A stretch of 64,000 nt of DNA from the human T2T-CHM13v2.0 reference genome, Homo sapiens (GCF_009914755.1 NC_060933.1), one strand, 5' to 3'; positions 1 through 13,470 are shown, counted from the first letter of the stretch. Notes: generated by a model not told the origin, from the sequence alone. Made by a program: numbers and translations.

Positions 1-2889
1 CTGGAGTGTGCAATTCTACCTTTCAGAGGAGCAAGAGGTCAGTTACCTGGTCAGCAAAGAAGCCTCAATGCCAAAGAAGCAGGTGCTGAAAGAGGCAGTG
101 GAGGAAGATCCTATAAAAATACAAACTGGAGCCCAGACCAGGAAGGAGCACAGCAGGACAGTGGACGTGCAGGAGCGCCAGCTGGCTGGGGCCAGGTGTA
201 CAGAATCCCGGGATAAGGCAGAACCATGGAGGTTTCTGATTCAGGTCTTAGAGGCATTTCAGGATATGCCAAGGAGCAGGAAGCAACCAACGCCTTTTTA
301 CTAGACCCTGATATGATAGAAATAGTGTCAGTGTGTAGACAGGCAGAAAGGGCTGAGAAGCTGCAGGCAGGGAGATGAGCTGGGAAGTTACTGATGTTGT
401 GACGGCCAGACTTGGATGGTGAGAGTGAAAACGAAAAGAAGACCATTTGGAGAAGAAGCCCACAGACCTGCTTCATTATGGAGACTGTTGCTGAGGGCAG
501 CCCCACAGATGACTCACTCTTTCATCTTGGGGACGGCCTCTCTCTTTTTCTCATGGGTCATTTTCTCCATCCCGAAGCTGTTGACTCCAGGTGGGCCATG
601 TCTGAGAGCTGGATTTGCAGTAGGGACAGAGCTGGGAGGCTGCCAGCTAGGCCGAGGGCACGTAGGAGCCCAGGCACCAGGAGTGAGAGTTCAAGGGCAG
701 AGGGACACAGAACCAATGGCTTCTTCCCAGTTTCATCCACAGCCAAGCAGATTAGTTTCCCAGCTCCAGCACACTAAGCATCCAGCCATAACCAAACCAT
801 TCGGAGAAACTGAGAGTCAGAAATCATAGGCATCAAAAATACCATAAACCTGATTTTTTAAAAAGTCATTTGACCAAGATGTGTTGAAATCACTTTAATC
901 TTGTATGTTGCAGACATAACAAAAGAGCCATGGATTTCAGAATCTGCACACCCCTGGAGAAATTGACTTCCCTTACACCTTAGCAGTTCACCTGTGCCAT
1001 TATAATCCCAGCATTCTCCTGAGACCTCATTCTGTGCTTCAGCCTTTGGTTTACTCCAGAAAGGTGTTTAAATATACACACAGGGGTAAATAAATACTGG
1101 TTGGTAATTATTAAACAGATGTCAAAAAAAGTATCCTATATATTCACATAAAAGCCCAAATAATGAAACTAGAAAAGAGGTTCCTAAACCATGCTGAAAG
1201 AGATCTCAGAAAGTGAAAGATAAGCTCTTGGGATTACTAAGAATGTATTGACCAAAAAAGTAAAGCCCAACAGAGACAAAATTGAGGCTAATTTTCCTTT
1301 CATGGTTTAAGTAACTAATTAATAAAGTTCACTTGAGGTCACAGGTCATGTCACAGGCATCTTCACTGGACAGATCAGAGACTTGCTTTATTCTTATAAA
1401 CACTTTCATTGAATTATTTTTTCTCCTTTAGAATTCTAACAGTTGGGTTAGAATAAGCCTTCTGCTCTCAAATTGACTGCTTCCTGATGCCGATATGCCA
1501 ATCAAGGGGAGAAATCCACACTCCTCAGTTTTCCCACAATTTCGTAAATGAGCCAAGTTCTCAGGCAATGAGGAAGAAGCCTCCAATCTGTGCTGCACCC
1601 TGAGGGAGATGGTGCCATGTCTCTCAGATGAGCCATCAAGAAGCTGGACCACCAAGGCGCTGGACCCATGAGGGGCTGGACTGGGTTGGATGGGGCTGCC
1701 CAATACAGTGTGGAATCTAGAGACCCACGGAACCCTGCACACACCTGTCTTCACTGCCAGTTTTTAGGAATTACTTATCTTTTGGGAAAGATGCATTTTG
1801 TGAGATCAAATACCACAGGCTTTAAAGATCTCAGTTCCACTGATTCCTTAGTCGTAAAGCATGAATACAGGTGAAGTGAGCAAACTTGGCCCCAAAGCTT
1901 CTGCCCTTTGGAAACACACACACAAAAGAAAAGGGGACCACTGTGGTGCCTGACACCAGGCTGGGACTTGTTCTAAGTGCTCTGAAGGCATTATGTGTGC
2001 ATCCCATGAAGCTCAGGGCAAGTCTCCATCACAGCGTCTCCCTTTTGCACCAGTCTTGACTGAACCACGTAAACCTGGGCTGAATCCCTGGTCTCTTCCC
2101 TCAGCCTTCTGTTCACTTTTCCTTGTAAAATGGCAGCTAAATCATTTCAGGTGCCTTCCTCAGCCAAGGCAGTCAGACGGCTCTAAGATGAAGAGGCCAG
2201 TCTGTCTCCCGTGCTCTCGCAGTTCCCCATGCCAGATCCCTGAGGCAGTGAAGAAATGTGCCAATAAGAGCTTCCCAATAAAGTCTTTTTCCGTAGGATT
2301 CTGCAGGTAGATAGACACAGGTCTCAGAGGCCACTAAAAATAGGCTGAGACAATAGAATTCCGAATGTAGCCCTGATGGGCAGTCCTGAGCCACACAGAC
2401 ATTTTCTCCATAATTGTTCCACTCCGGGACCTAATGGTTTCCATCCAGTTTCTGTTTAATTCAGCTTCATACAAGGCTTTCCTGGGGCACAAACCTGCAG
2501 AAGGTAACACTGAACCCACCTCCCAAAGACACACATTGGCTCTCCAAAATAAGGACACAGGGCTCATCAACCCTCAAGGCATTAGAGTTCTAGAAATGCT
2601 TTCCAAACGCCTCCTCATCAACCTGGCAAGGAGTGCCCAGTGAGCAGCCACACGAGTTCCTTCCTCAATAAAATCCTCAGGATCCCACATTTCCAGATTT
2701 ACAGTACAGTGGCTTCCACCCAGGCCACCAGCCATGGATCTGTATGAGTGATTAACAACCAAACGTGCAGTGGGGGCTTTCTGTGAGGGTTAAATGACAC
2801 ATCTATGAATCTATACAACTTAGCATTAATAGAGCCTGGCATGGGGCACATGCAAGTTAACCATTAATGTTACCATCATCAATATCTCC

Positions 2890-3638
2890 ATGGAAGAAAC
2901 AAAACTGTTTTCCTCTGCTGTCACACCACCGCTTGAACAAGCCATCAATTCTGCAGCAGATGCCAGCTGGGTGTCCTCCAATTCAGATCCCCAGGCTGAG
3001 GGCTCAGTGTCCCCAAGACTGTGCCCCACTTCCGATGCCAATCTCAGTCCCACAGGGGTAAAATAAAGTCCCAGTTTATTTTACCTCTCCTTCTGACTAA
3101 CTGGCTACAAATCAGGGTTCCCACCACCCCCAGCTTGGGTTCAATTAATTTGCGAGAACGGCTCACAGAACTCAGGGAAACACATTTACTGGTTTATTCT
3201 AAAGGATATTGCAAAGGATGCAGATGAAGTAATGCATAGGATGAAGTATGGGGGAAGGAGCGTGGAACTTCCATGCCCTCCCAGGATGTGACGCCCTAGA
3301 GAGGACCCTCTGCATGTTTAGCTGTCTAGCAGCTCACTGAACCCAGTCTTGCTGGGTTTTTATAGAGGCTTTGATCATATAGGCAAGATTCATTAAATCA
3401 TTAACCATTGGTGATCACTTAATCTTCAGCCCTTCTCCCCTCTCCAGAGATTAGGGACGGGGCTGGAAGTCCCAACCTCTAACCCTGCTTTGATTTTTCC
3501 TGTGACAAGCCCCCAGCCACCAGTCACCTCATTAGCATACAAAAGACACATTACTTTGAAGATTCCAAGGATTTTAGAATCTTTTAGTTGTATGCCAGCA
3601 AACAGGACAAAGACCAAATGCATATTTCACAGTACACA
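2890..3638 (-). mobile_element. MER21-family solo LTR
   Basis: Contains characteristic MER21 segments (cagctgggtgtcctccaattc; gggttcaattaatttgc...ggctcacagaactcagggaaac; ggatgcagatgaag...atgcatagg) and ends ccaaatgcatatttcacagt. Confidence 0.75.
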
Positions 3639-4446
3639 GTATCCATATCAAAGCTGCTTGTGCATGTTATCTTTCAGTCGTTGGGGGCACATGCACTGAT
3701 CCTAAGATATATCTTATATGCAAATAAATATATACACATATATACAATAAATATATACACATACATACGTGGCCCATGGGGTGATTGCACGTCCTCCTCA
3801 CTACCGTGGGTTCCACCATGCATGCGCACACCCATCCGCCCACATGACACATATATGTGCATCAAGGGACTCCAGATGTCCTTGGCTATGAGGCACAAAC
3901 CCTCAGGAAGTCCACAGGAGAACTGGAATTAAAGCTAATTTTCCTATTTTCCAATCAAGGAAACTGATGGCAACAAAGTCAAACACATAATAGTAAACAT
4001 CGTCAATCAGAAAATACCAGAAGTTCTTTCATCCAAGTAGCCTAACTTATGTTTCCCTGATCCCTAGGGTGAAGATCACCTTGCCATAGCATAATTTCTC
4101 CAACACTGGCCCCTACATTAGGAGAAACTAATGTGGAAATACTCTGTGAGACTAACCACAGCAAATCAGAACGAATCAGAACTTTCCCCTCCCCTCACCA
4201 AGCAGTGCTTAGAGGGAAACAGAAGTGTGATGGCCTCCCCCTGCTCTTGGGGTGCCTGCAGGGGGACGAGGTCCACCACAGAGCCCAGGCAATCAGTGTG
4301 GGAGGGAGAGCCAGGGGATCCCACATGCCTGCTTCTTGTGGTGGTCCACTTTGCTCATTCAAAAATTTCCTCCCTTGTTGACATTTTGTTTTAGGCATTT
4401 ATAAGGCAATGACAGATTACTATTATTATATACTAATTCTAGATGA

Positions 4447-5311
4447 TATAAACCAAAAATAAAATTCTAAGCCCACCAACCAACTGAACTGACCTCTCCT
4501 CTTAGCCAAGAGGATTCCAAAGTAAACGTGAAAAACTAGTTCAGGTCCTGATGGGAAGAGGGGGTCAGACATGCTTCATTATACACTCCTCCCTTAGAAT
4601 TCAGGCAAGGCAGACCAGCATTAAGATGAGAACAGAGACCTTAAGATTGATAGATCAGACTCTTTGTAGCAATAAGATACCAACATGACAGATAGTAGGC
4701 CCTGAAGGAAATGAAAGTATTTTACCTCAAATTACATTTCTAGGACATATTTTGAAATGGCCCTGCAAAGCTGTCTCTTGTGGGGAAAATCTACACTCTG
4801 TAGAAAATCCCCTTCTCTTTCCAGGTCTTTTCCTGACCCAGGAGAGATTTAATTATGATTCTGGCACCTTTTAGGGTTGGTTAAGAGACCTTTACTATCC
4901 ATTTTCTCTGAAGCCTGCTACCTGGAAGCTTCATCTACATACTAAGAACCTTGGTTTCCACAACCCCTTATCTTAACCCCGACACTCCTTTCATTTGATT
5001 CCAGGTCTTTAGATAATAACTCTTTCAACCAATTGCCAATCAGGAAAATCTTTCAAGCCACCTATGGTCTAGAAGCTTCAAGTTGTCCTGCCTTTCTGGA
5101 CTGAACCAATGTACACCTTACTTGTATTGATTGATGTTTGCCTGTAACTTCTATTCCCCTAAAATGTATAAAATCAAGCTAAAACCCAATGACCTTGAAC
5201 ACATATTCTCAGGACCTCTTGAAACTGTGTCTCCAGCCTTGGTCACTCATATTTGGCTCAGGAAAAAAACCTCTTCAAATGTTTTACAGAGTTTGACTGT
5301 TTTTGTCAAAA
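4447..5311 (+). mobile_element. MER4-family (MER4D/E-like) ERV1 solo LTR
   Basis: Starts tataaaccaaaaataaaattctaagccc (consensus tgtaaacc...) and ends cagagtttgactgttttgtcaaaa. Flanked by the direct repeat AGATGA at 4441-4446 and 5312-5317. Confidence 0.85.
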
Positions 5312-6124
5312 AGATGAAAAACACAGAATACAAGAAATCAACATAAAGCCTTTAGAAATAAAAACTCCATGGACATAATGGGTCTGTTGTTTTTAAAAAC
5401 ATCTTTAATATCAGGGAAAGAGGTACAATGCAATCAGTAGAAAGGTCACCAGAAAAGAGGAAGGAGGAACAACGAGCTGTGGGGAAATGCTGATGGGACA
5501 ACCAGAGGGAGAGGGGCCTGCACGGAGAGCAGGCAGAGGAGGGTACAGGGGAGAGGTATACGGTCATTACCACGACAAAGGGATGGAAACAGAGAGCACA
5601 GAATTTCCAGCAGGCAGGATGCATCCACAGCACCCAGGGGAGAACCCAGCAGAGGCCGTGAGAAAAGCCTGGGCACCGCGGAAGCAGCAGGAACCATTCT
5701 GGGTGAGACCACACCTGCAAGGCAAGAGAGAAGATGCTGGTTTATTCTTCACAAACTGTGAACGGTGTTCCTCATCTGCAAAGCTTCCTGCTGGAGGGGC
5801 ACTTCCTGCAAGTATTTATTTAGACGGTGCTATCGACTCGGTGGCACTGTTCTGTGGCAGAATCTGCCTTCGAGAGGTATTTCCCCTTTCTGATCACCGC
5901 ACAGAGCCTGTCCATTCCAGGGCAGTTCTACTGGATGATGCACCAGAAGCTGGCTGTCCCATCTTAGTCCTTATCTCTGACCTCTTTCTATCAATATTTG
6001 TGTATTTCTATGTGCATGTGAAAAGAAGCCCCACTGATAGAATTGGAGGAAGAGAGAAAGAAAGAGGAAACCTTAGAAAGGACCTGAGTGAGACAGAATA
6101 AAATTTCTAGGAAGTATATCTTGG

Positions 6125-6184
6125 AGGTGCCATGTGCAACGCTGATCTTGGAGTTAGGTGCCATGTGCAACGCTGATCTTGGAG
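6125..6184. repeat. Perfect 29-bp direct duplication (period 31)
   Basis: aggtgccatgtgcaacgctgatcttggag occurs at 6125-6153 and 6156-6184. Confidence 0.95.
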
Positions 6185-7589
6185 CCTGGGGGGTGGAGCA
6201 GGAGGGAACTGGGACCTGGGGCAGAGTGTCCAGCTTTTTGAGAACCAGCTCCAGACCTTAAAGCTCACACACCACCAGAAGCCAGCACTGCCCTTAGGCA
6301 AGGGGGCAGCTGCTGGGTTTTATGCCCCCCGACACACTGAACCACCATACCTAAGACAAAGGAGTGATCCTTCCCATTTGGGAAAAGTAAACCAAAATTA
6401 AAGGAAATAAACTCAGAGGAGGGTCTTAACTCTTCCCAGAATCACACAATATTGGTGGAGTCAAAATCTGAATTGAGCTCTTCCAGGCTTCAGAGCCACT
6501 TTTTCCCAGGTCCCAAGTCTTCTTGGGGGCATGAGGATGGGGAGGGGTCAGAGCCCACAGGAGCCCCTGACTGCTTTGACTTCAGCAGTCCACACAGCGA
6601 CCCAGGAGGTCACACCACAGCCAGCACCTTCTTGGAGTGAGGAGTAGGAAGCCCCCAAGGGCCACGGCTCAGGCAAGGCAGAGTGCGTCACCCAGAGGCC
6701 TGCCGGGCAGGGCCGCCAGCTCTAGAGGAAAAACACTAAACTAAACTTACCTGCCCTGCCTTTAAAAACCACCCATGCACATCCTCAGGCCCACGAGCAA
6801 ACACACGGAGCCCTGAGCGCCAGCATGGATAAATCACGGTCAGCGAGGCCCTGCAGACAGCATCTCATTTGATTTCTATGACAGTAGGAGATGTGGATGT
6901 TGCCCTTACTCCAAGGTGGAGATAAAATATATCTCCACCCACATATTATATATAAAATTTTATCTCCACCCATTTCTCTCTCCTCCAGAGGCAAAGAGAG
7001 TCCAGGACATTGGCCAAGACCACAAAGCTCTTGAACTGGGCTCTCTGTGACATGAGAACATGAGACTAGATGCATGCAGTGGAGAGAAGTGACAAAGATT
7101 ATCCAGCCAAAGATCATGCCACCTGATGTGCCAACGGCTTTGGAGAAAGGCAAGACCATGGCCTCCCAGTGTAAGGTTATGGTTGGGAAGTAATTCTGCA
7201 CCTGAATGCAAGCTGACTGCCACCCCACTAGTTTTGGCCGGCTGCTCTGTTAAGTAGAATGCTGAGGTCAGTGTGATCAATAACTGCCACTTTGCTGTCA
7301 CTCCAGGGGATTGGTGGGTATGGGAGGCTTCCCCCAGGAGGTGAGGCTGCACAGGGCCTTGGAGGCTGAGGAGGTTTGAGAGAGGAGAGTGTGAGCTGAG
7401 CACACAGAAATGATGAAGAGAGAGGTCAGTTGAGCCCATGCGGATTGGGGGTGCACCAGGGTGCAGCCACAGAGAAAGGGGAGTGAGTGGCCTGCAGAAG
7501 GACCCACAACAGGGAACCCAAGAAAACAGGCAAGAAATCAACATGGGTGGTATCATGAATGCCAGGTGAGAGGACTTTCCTAAAGATTT

Positions 7590-9100
7590 AAGTAGTGAAA
7601 ACTACAAGGAAATGAATATCAGGGTTTGCTGATGCAGAGCGAAATGAGGAAGAATCTTTTCCCTCTAATAGAAATGGAAATGACGGGGTGGGGTGGGGAT
7701 CCCCCAGGCACATCTAGGACAAAACTGTGCAAGACATGGCATAACAAGTCAGATATAGCCTGCGTGAAGAAAAGCATAGCATGGTATTGGGGGACATAAA
7801 GCAAGATCTGAACACATGAAAACTCATGCTATGTTCCCAGAGATAAGGATGAAACATTATTATGAAGTAAATTCTCCCTAAATTAATTTATCAATTTAAT
7901 TGAATTATAATTGTCATCCTAATTGATATCTTTTTGCACTGAACAATATGTTAGAGTGCATAAGAAATTTCAAAAATTGTGAAGAAAAATTTTAAAACAA
8001 CAAGGAAGAATAGCAAGGAGAAATATGTTCTGCCAGATGAAAAACATGACTATAACACAACCAAAATCAGAACCAGAAGTTAATGGCACACAAACAAATG
8101 CATCAGCAGAAAACAAATGTTACCAGTGGACTGAAATTAGGTGTTCAGAAACAGAGTGTGTGGTAATTTAACATACAGTCCAATGGCATTTCAACACAGT
8201 GGGGAGATTTGGGCCTAACTGGCTATCTTATTACAGGTAAACTAAAAATCCATACATACAAAGTAAAATAAATGAAAATATTAGAAGATTAGTTTGATCT
8301 ACAGTGAAGGAGATTGTCAAGACAGGAAAACTACAAGCCATAAAGGAATGGCTGATGGATGCACTCTAATAAAACATTTTTTAATATAAAATTTACCATT
8401 TTAACCATTTTTAAGTGTGCAGTTCAGTGGCATTAAGTACATTCACATTGTTGTGCAACCATTACCATTATCTGTTTCTAGAACTTTTTCATCTTCCCCA
8501 ACTGAACTCTGTACCCATTAAATAATAATTCCACATAACTCCCCACTGCCTCATCTGGCCAGCCCCTGGAGACCTCTATTCTACTTTCTATCTTCATGAA
8601 TTCAGCTACTGTCTAATAAACATTTTTTAAATGATATGGCAAGATATTACCAGCACATACAAAATATGCAAAAACTCCCACAAATTGATAAGAAAGTAAA
8701 GAGACTCCAATAAAAAAAATGGGTAAGTGAAGTGAACAGGTAATTCATAAGAAAGAAAATGAAACCAGACAGCACATGGATGTGAAAAAGTGTTCACATT
8801 TCTGTATGCAAAAACACTCAAAGGAAAACAATAGCAACTATTGTTTTGATGATAAAACTGGTTGATAGCAATATTAGCACTCAGTGCTGCATAGTTGTGA
8901 AGAAAGGGCCACTTTCCTAAATTGCATGTGATATGTGAATTTCAGGAGTCATCTGCAGCGGCCCACCTGTTGGAGTGTGGTTCAGCACAGAAGGGTGTAG
9001 GGACATTGAGGGTCCTCACAGCATTGTTTTGCCTAGCAAAAGAAAGCAAAACCAGGAATTGTTGACTATATTATCATACAGCCATATGATTTGCAACTAT
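7590..9100 (+). mobile_element. Old, fragmented L1M ORF2/3' remnants
   Basis: A-rich sequence with degenerate L1 ORF2 motifs (aattctccctaaattaatttat..., atgtgaaaaagtgttcaca). It is interrupted by a minus-strand L1 3' end. Confidence 0.5.
8383..8611 (-). mobile_element. L1MB-type 3' end with target-site duplication
   Basis: Contains ataaaatttaccattttaaccatttttaagtgtgcagttcagtggcattaagtacattcacattgttgtgcaacc. Flanked by tctaataaa(a)catttttt at ~8365-8382 and ~8612-8628. Confidence 0.8.
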
Positions 9101-9114
9101 AAAAAATCAGGTTT

Positions 9115-9418
9115 GGCCTGGCGCAGCGGCTCACGCCTGTAATCCCAGCACTTTGGGAGGCCGAGGCAGGCAGATCATGAGGTCAGGAGATAAAGACCAT
9201 CCTGGCTAACACGGTGAAACCCCATCTCTATTAAAAATACAAACAAATAGCCAGGCGTGGTGGCGGGCACCTGTAGTCCCAGCTACTCGGGAGGCTGAGG
9301 CAGGAGAATGGTGTGAACCCCAGAAGCAGAGCTTGCAGTGAGCCAAATTGCACCACTGCACTCCAGCCTGGGCAACAGGGCAAGACTCTGTCTCAAAAAA
9401 AAAAAAAAAAAAAAAAAA
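9115..9418 (+). mobile_element. AluY-like element
   Basis: Full dimer with accatcctggctaacacggtg and gagcttgcagtgag diagnostics, an A24 tail, and the TSD aaaaaatcaggttt on both sides. Confidence 0.93.
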
Positions 9419-9518
9419 TCAGGTTTTAGGCCCCAATCTACTGATCCATTCAAGGAAAAAGTAGATTGTGGAATGATGAAGATGGTATGATTCCCATTTC
9501 TAACACAAAAGAAGGAAG

Positions 9519-9556
9519 GTGTGTGTGTGTGTGTGTGTGTATGTGTGTGTGTGTGT
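9519..9556. repeat. (TG)n microsatellite
   Basis: About 19 GT units with one interruption. Confidence 0.95.
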
Positions 9557-9669
9557 ATACCAAAAAATCTGGAAAGCTATTAACACTGGTCATCTTTATC
9601 TTTTCTTTCTATACCTTTATCTTGTTTGACTCATTATGAAAAGCATCTATTGTTTTAATTTAAAAAAAT

Positions 9670-10600
9670 AAATCAGTTCATGTTGTTGCATGCATTGGTA
9701 GTTCATTGTAGTTCATTCCTTTTTATTGCTGGGTAGTATTTGTATCATGCACATATCAAAATGTGTTTATCTGTTCACTAGTTGATGGATAATTGGGCTG
9801 TAGTTTGAGTCCATTACAAAGAATGCTTCTATGAACATGGACATACTGTGGACATACATTTTTATTGCTGAATAGCATGGTAGATTTATCTTTAACCTTA
9901 TAATAAACAGTCCACCTGTTTTCATAAGCACCTGTACAATTTCACATTCCTACCAGCAATAACACACAACACAGGTAGCCCTCAAAACCTTAAGCTAAGT
10001 GAAAGAAGCTAGACACATAAAATCTTGTACAGAATAATTCCATTTGTACAGAATTGCATAGAATGGTTCCATTTACAGGAAATTCTAGAAAAGGCAGAAT
10101 AATAGTGCCAGAAAGGTCCTCAGGGAGATTTGGAAAAGGCTGCTGACTGAAAAAGGGCACAAGAGATTTTTGGGAGTGGTAGAAATGTTCTTGACTGCAT
10201 GGATGAAGCAATCAAGAATCAAGAATTTGGTTACTGTCTAATAAACATCTTTAAAATGATAAGGCAAGATATTTCCAGCACATACAAAATATGCAAAAAG
10301 CTCCCACAAATTGATAAGAAAGTAGAGTCTCCAAAAAAAAAAAAAGGGTAAGTGATGTGAACAGATAATTCATAACAAAGGAAATTAAACCAGCCAGCAC
10401 ATAGATGTGAAAAAGTGTTCACATTTCTGGTACACAAAAGCACTCAAAGGAAAGGACAGGGGCTTGGGGGAGGGGTGTGTTACTGATGGGGTGGGGAACA
10501 GGGGCTTTCTTTGGTCTGGAATATTCTGATCTGGGTGACTATTACTTGGTGAATGCATACATAAAACTCCAATGAACAACACACTTAAGATTTGTGCACT
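9670..10600. mobile_element. Old L1ME/L1MC 3'-end fragments (minus 9670-9960, plus 9975-10600)
   Basis: gttcattcctttttattgctgggtagtatt is the minus-strand L1 3' motif. gctaagtgaaagaagctagacac...ttccatttacaggaaattctagaaaaggca is the plus-strand L1 3' UTR. Confidence 0.65.
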
Positions 10601-11034
<434 letters not shown>

Positions 11035-11289
11035 CTAGGGAAAAATATGTTGAAAGTGATTTCAGAACAGGAATTGGCCATTTTTTCAGGAAGCCCTGGT
11101 CAGGGAAGAAGAGTTGCCCACGTTCTCAGGGGATGAATGTGAGCATCAGCCACTGGGTGAAGTGACAAGGCCTGGGAAGGCCTAAGGCTGGGTGGAAGGA
11201 AGGCAGGGGCCCAAGAAACATTTCAAAGAAGAGCACGCACAATTTGAAGATGATGACTCAATGACATGCAAAAGGTAGGAAGATTGTAG

Positions 11290-11465
11290 AAGTAATAACA
11301 GCCACAATTGACATTTATAGAGTGTTTACTAAGTGTCTGGCCCTTTTCTACAACTTTGCACATATTAATCTTTTAATATTGTAGGGATCATTATGATTTC
11401 CTTTTCATTAGTGGAACCTGAGACCAGAGAGGGTAAGTAGCCTGCTTGAGGTCACACAGTAGGGA
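11290..11465 (-). mobile_element. MIR
   Basis: MIR core-like sequence: acatttatagagtgtttactaagtg ... gaacctgagaccagagagggtaagtagcctgcttgaggtcacacag. Confidence 0.7.
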
Positions 11466-11659
11466 GGTGGGGGTGAGACTGTTTGCAACAGAAGCCCTGC
11501 ATACTGGAAGGAAGATGGTGAGGTCAGTTTGGGACGCCTGGCATTACAGTCACGAGCAAACACCCACCACTCAAGAGGAGAGCCAATGTCAACTTGCATG
11601 CCCAGGGACTTTGGGATGTAAAGCAAAACATGATTCAAGTGCAAAAGATCATTCCTGAT

Positions 11660-12413
11660 AAAGCCATGATGCGATACCACCTCACGCCCATCAGAATGGT
11701 CACTAACAACAACAACAAAAAAAACCAACCAAACAAACAAACAAAAAACAGGAAACAACAAGTGTTGGCAAGAATGTGGAGAAATAGGAACTTGTTGGAG
11801 TATACAATTGTGCAGCCACTGTGGAAAACGGCATGGCGGTTCCTCAAAACATTAAACATATAATCGCCATATGATCCAGCAACCCCACTTCTGAGTACAT
11901 ACCCAAAATAAGTGATAGCAGGGACTCAAACACATACATGTACACCATGTTCATGGAAGCATTATTCACACTGGTTAAAAGGTAGAAACAACCCAAATAT
12001 CCTTAACTGATGAATGGACAAACAAAATGTGGTCCATGCAGACAATGGAATATTAAAGGAAGGAAATTCTGACACGTGCTACAAGATGGATAAACCTTGA
12101 GGATATTATGCGAACAGAAATAAGTCAGTCACAAAAGGACAAATACTGTATGACTCCACTCAGATGAGGATGCTAGAGCAGTCAAATTCATAGAGACAGA
12201 ACGCAGAGTGGGAGTTGCTGGATCGGGACGGGGAGGGGGAAGTGGGGAGTTGTTGTCTAATGGGGACAGAGTTTCAGTTTTGCAAAATGAAAAGTTCTGG
12301 AGATGGAGGGTGGTGATGGTTGCACAACAATGTGAATGTTCCTAATGCCACTGTGAAAAATGGTTTCAATGGTAAACTTTATGTGGTATATATTTTACCA
12401 CAACTTAAAAATA
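11660..12413 (+). mobile_element. L1MA/L1MB 3' end
   Basis: Contains the ORF2 C-terminal remnant (MRYHLTPIRM...PLWKTAWRFLK) and a 3' UTR ending tatattttaccacaacttaaaaa. Confidence 0.88.
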
Positions 12414-13470
12414 AGTAGCAACTAAGTAAAAGCCAAAAAAAAACCATTATTCCCGGGAAAGCCACACACTGAGAGCTATGGGCACAGTCACAGGGCTCAG
12501 TTGCAGCCTGACACCCCCACCTCCAGGGCAGGGACAGACAAACTGACTTTCATATTGATTTTCCTCTCTTTCTTCATTCTGAGCAAAATTAGTACCTCCA
12601 GTATTCCAAATTCATCATCATTTTGCGGTGCATTTTCATGCCTGTAATGATAGAATTCCTGCCTGAGGCTATAAATAATTGAGCTAAGACACTTCCAAAC
12701 CTGGATGATAACATGTTCCTCGTGGGACACCCGAGGCAGCATCCCTTAGCACTCCCTGTCCTCCGCAGCTATTAAAAGGCTCTGTGGGCGTCTGGCCACA
12801 TGTCAGAAAGTGCTGCCTCAGATGTAAACAAACCACAGCTAAAAAATAATAAATAACACATAGAGAGCTATGCACATAGATTTCCAAGGAGCCAGTTCTC
12901 TTCAACTACCCGCACAAACGTTGAATACGCATGAGAGAGGCTTGTTCAGATAAAAACAAGAATTTAACCAAACATGTTAAAATTTTGCCTTCTACTAAGT
13001 AGGCATGAGATGATTGGAGATTCCTAGAAAGCCAGGAAATCCTTACTTGCTTTGGTCCCTGGGGTTCCAGGAGCCCAGAGACATGAGGCAGGCTCCATCC
13101 AATGCGCCACCAAGGGAGATCTGTGCTTTGACTCAGCTCCCACTAAACGTACAAGAGTTTACAAGCTAATTTCCATGAACACTAAGCAAATGGATTGGAG
13201 GGGTAGACAGTGATAATATTCATATATGCATACAACATACAATTAAATTAATGTATTGACATGATTGCTTAATATTACTCATAAGAGGAAAATGAAGGGC
13301 ACGAGATTTTTGTATAAAGTGTGACTGCAAATATGTGCAAAATAAACTGAAAACCCCAAGCCCTCTTTTTGTACATTTCTTTGTTTTCTAAAATTTCTCT
13401 AGTGCATATGTATATATTACTTTTATAATGCAATATAATTTATTTCTAAAGAATGTAGGTTAGCGTAGCG

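Noticed and set aside
518-820. Possible exon ending at the donor AGA|GTGAGT (518), overlapping an AP-1 site TGACTCA (510-516)
   Set aside because: No SHC3-like peptide in any frame and no convincing paired acceptor; isolated motifs like these are expected by chance.
5487-6101. 204-aa plus-strand ORF
   Set aside because: No recognisable domain, antisense to SHC3 and no supporting gene structure; compatible with chance in GC-richer sequence.
6960-7556. 198-aa ORF (likewise 22926-23477 and the Alu-, LTR- and poly-Lys/Phe-derived ORFs)
   Set aside because: Low-information Ser/Leu/Pro-rich or repeat-derived translations with no domain signatures.
12700-12838. Possible cryptic exon after the acceptor ttattttttag (12840-12839)
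   Set aside because: Only weak donors follow (GTTTGG, GTACTA).
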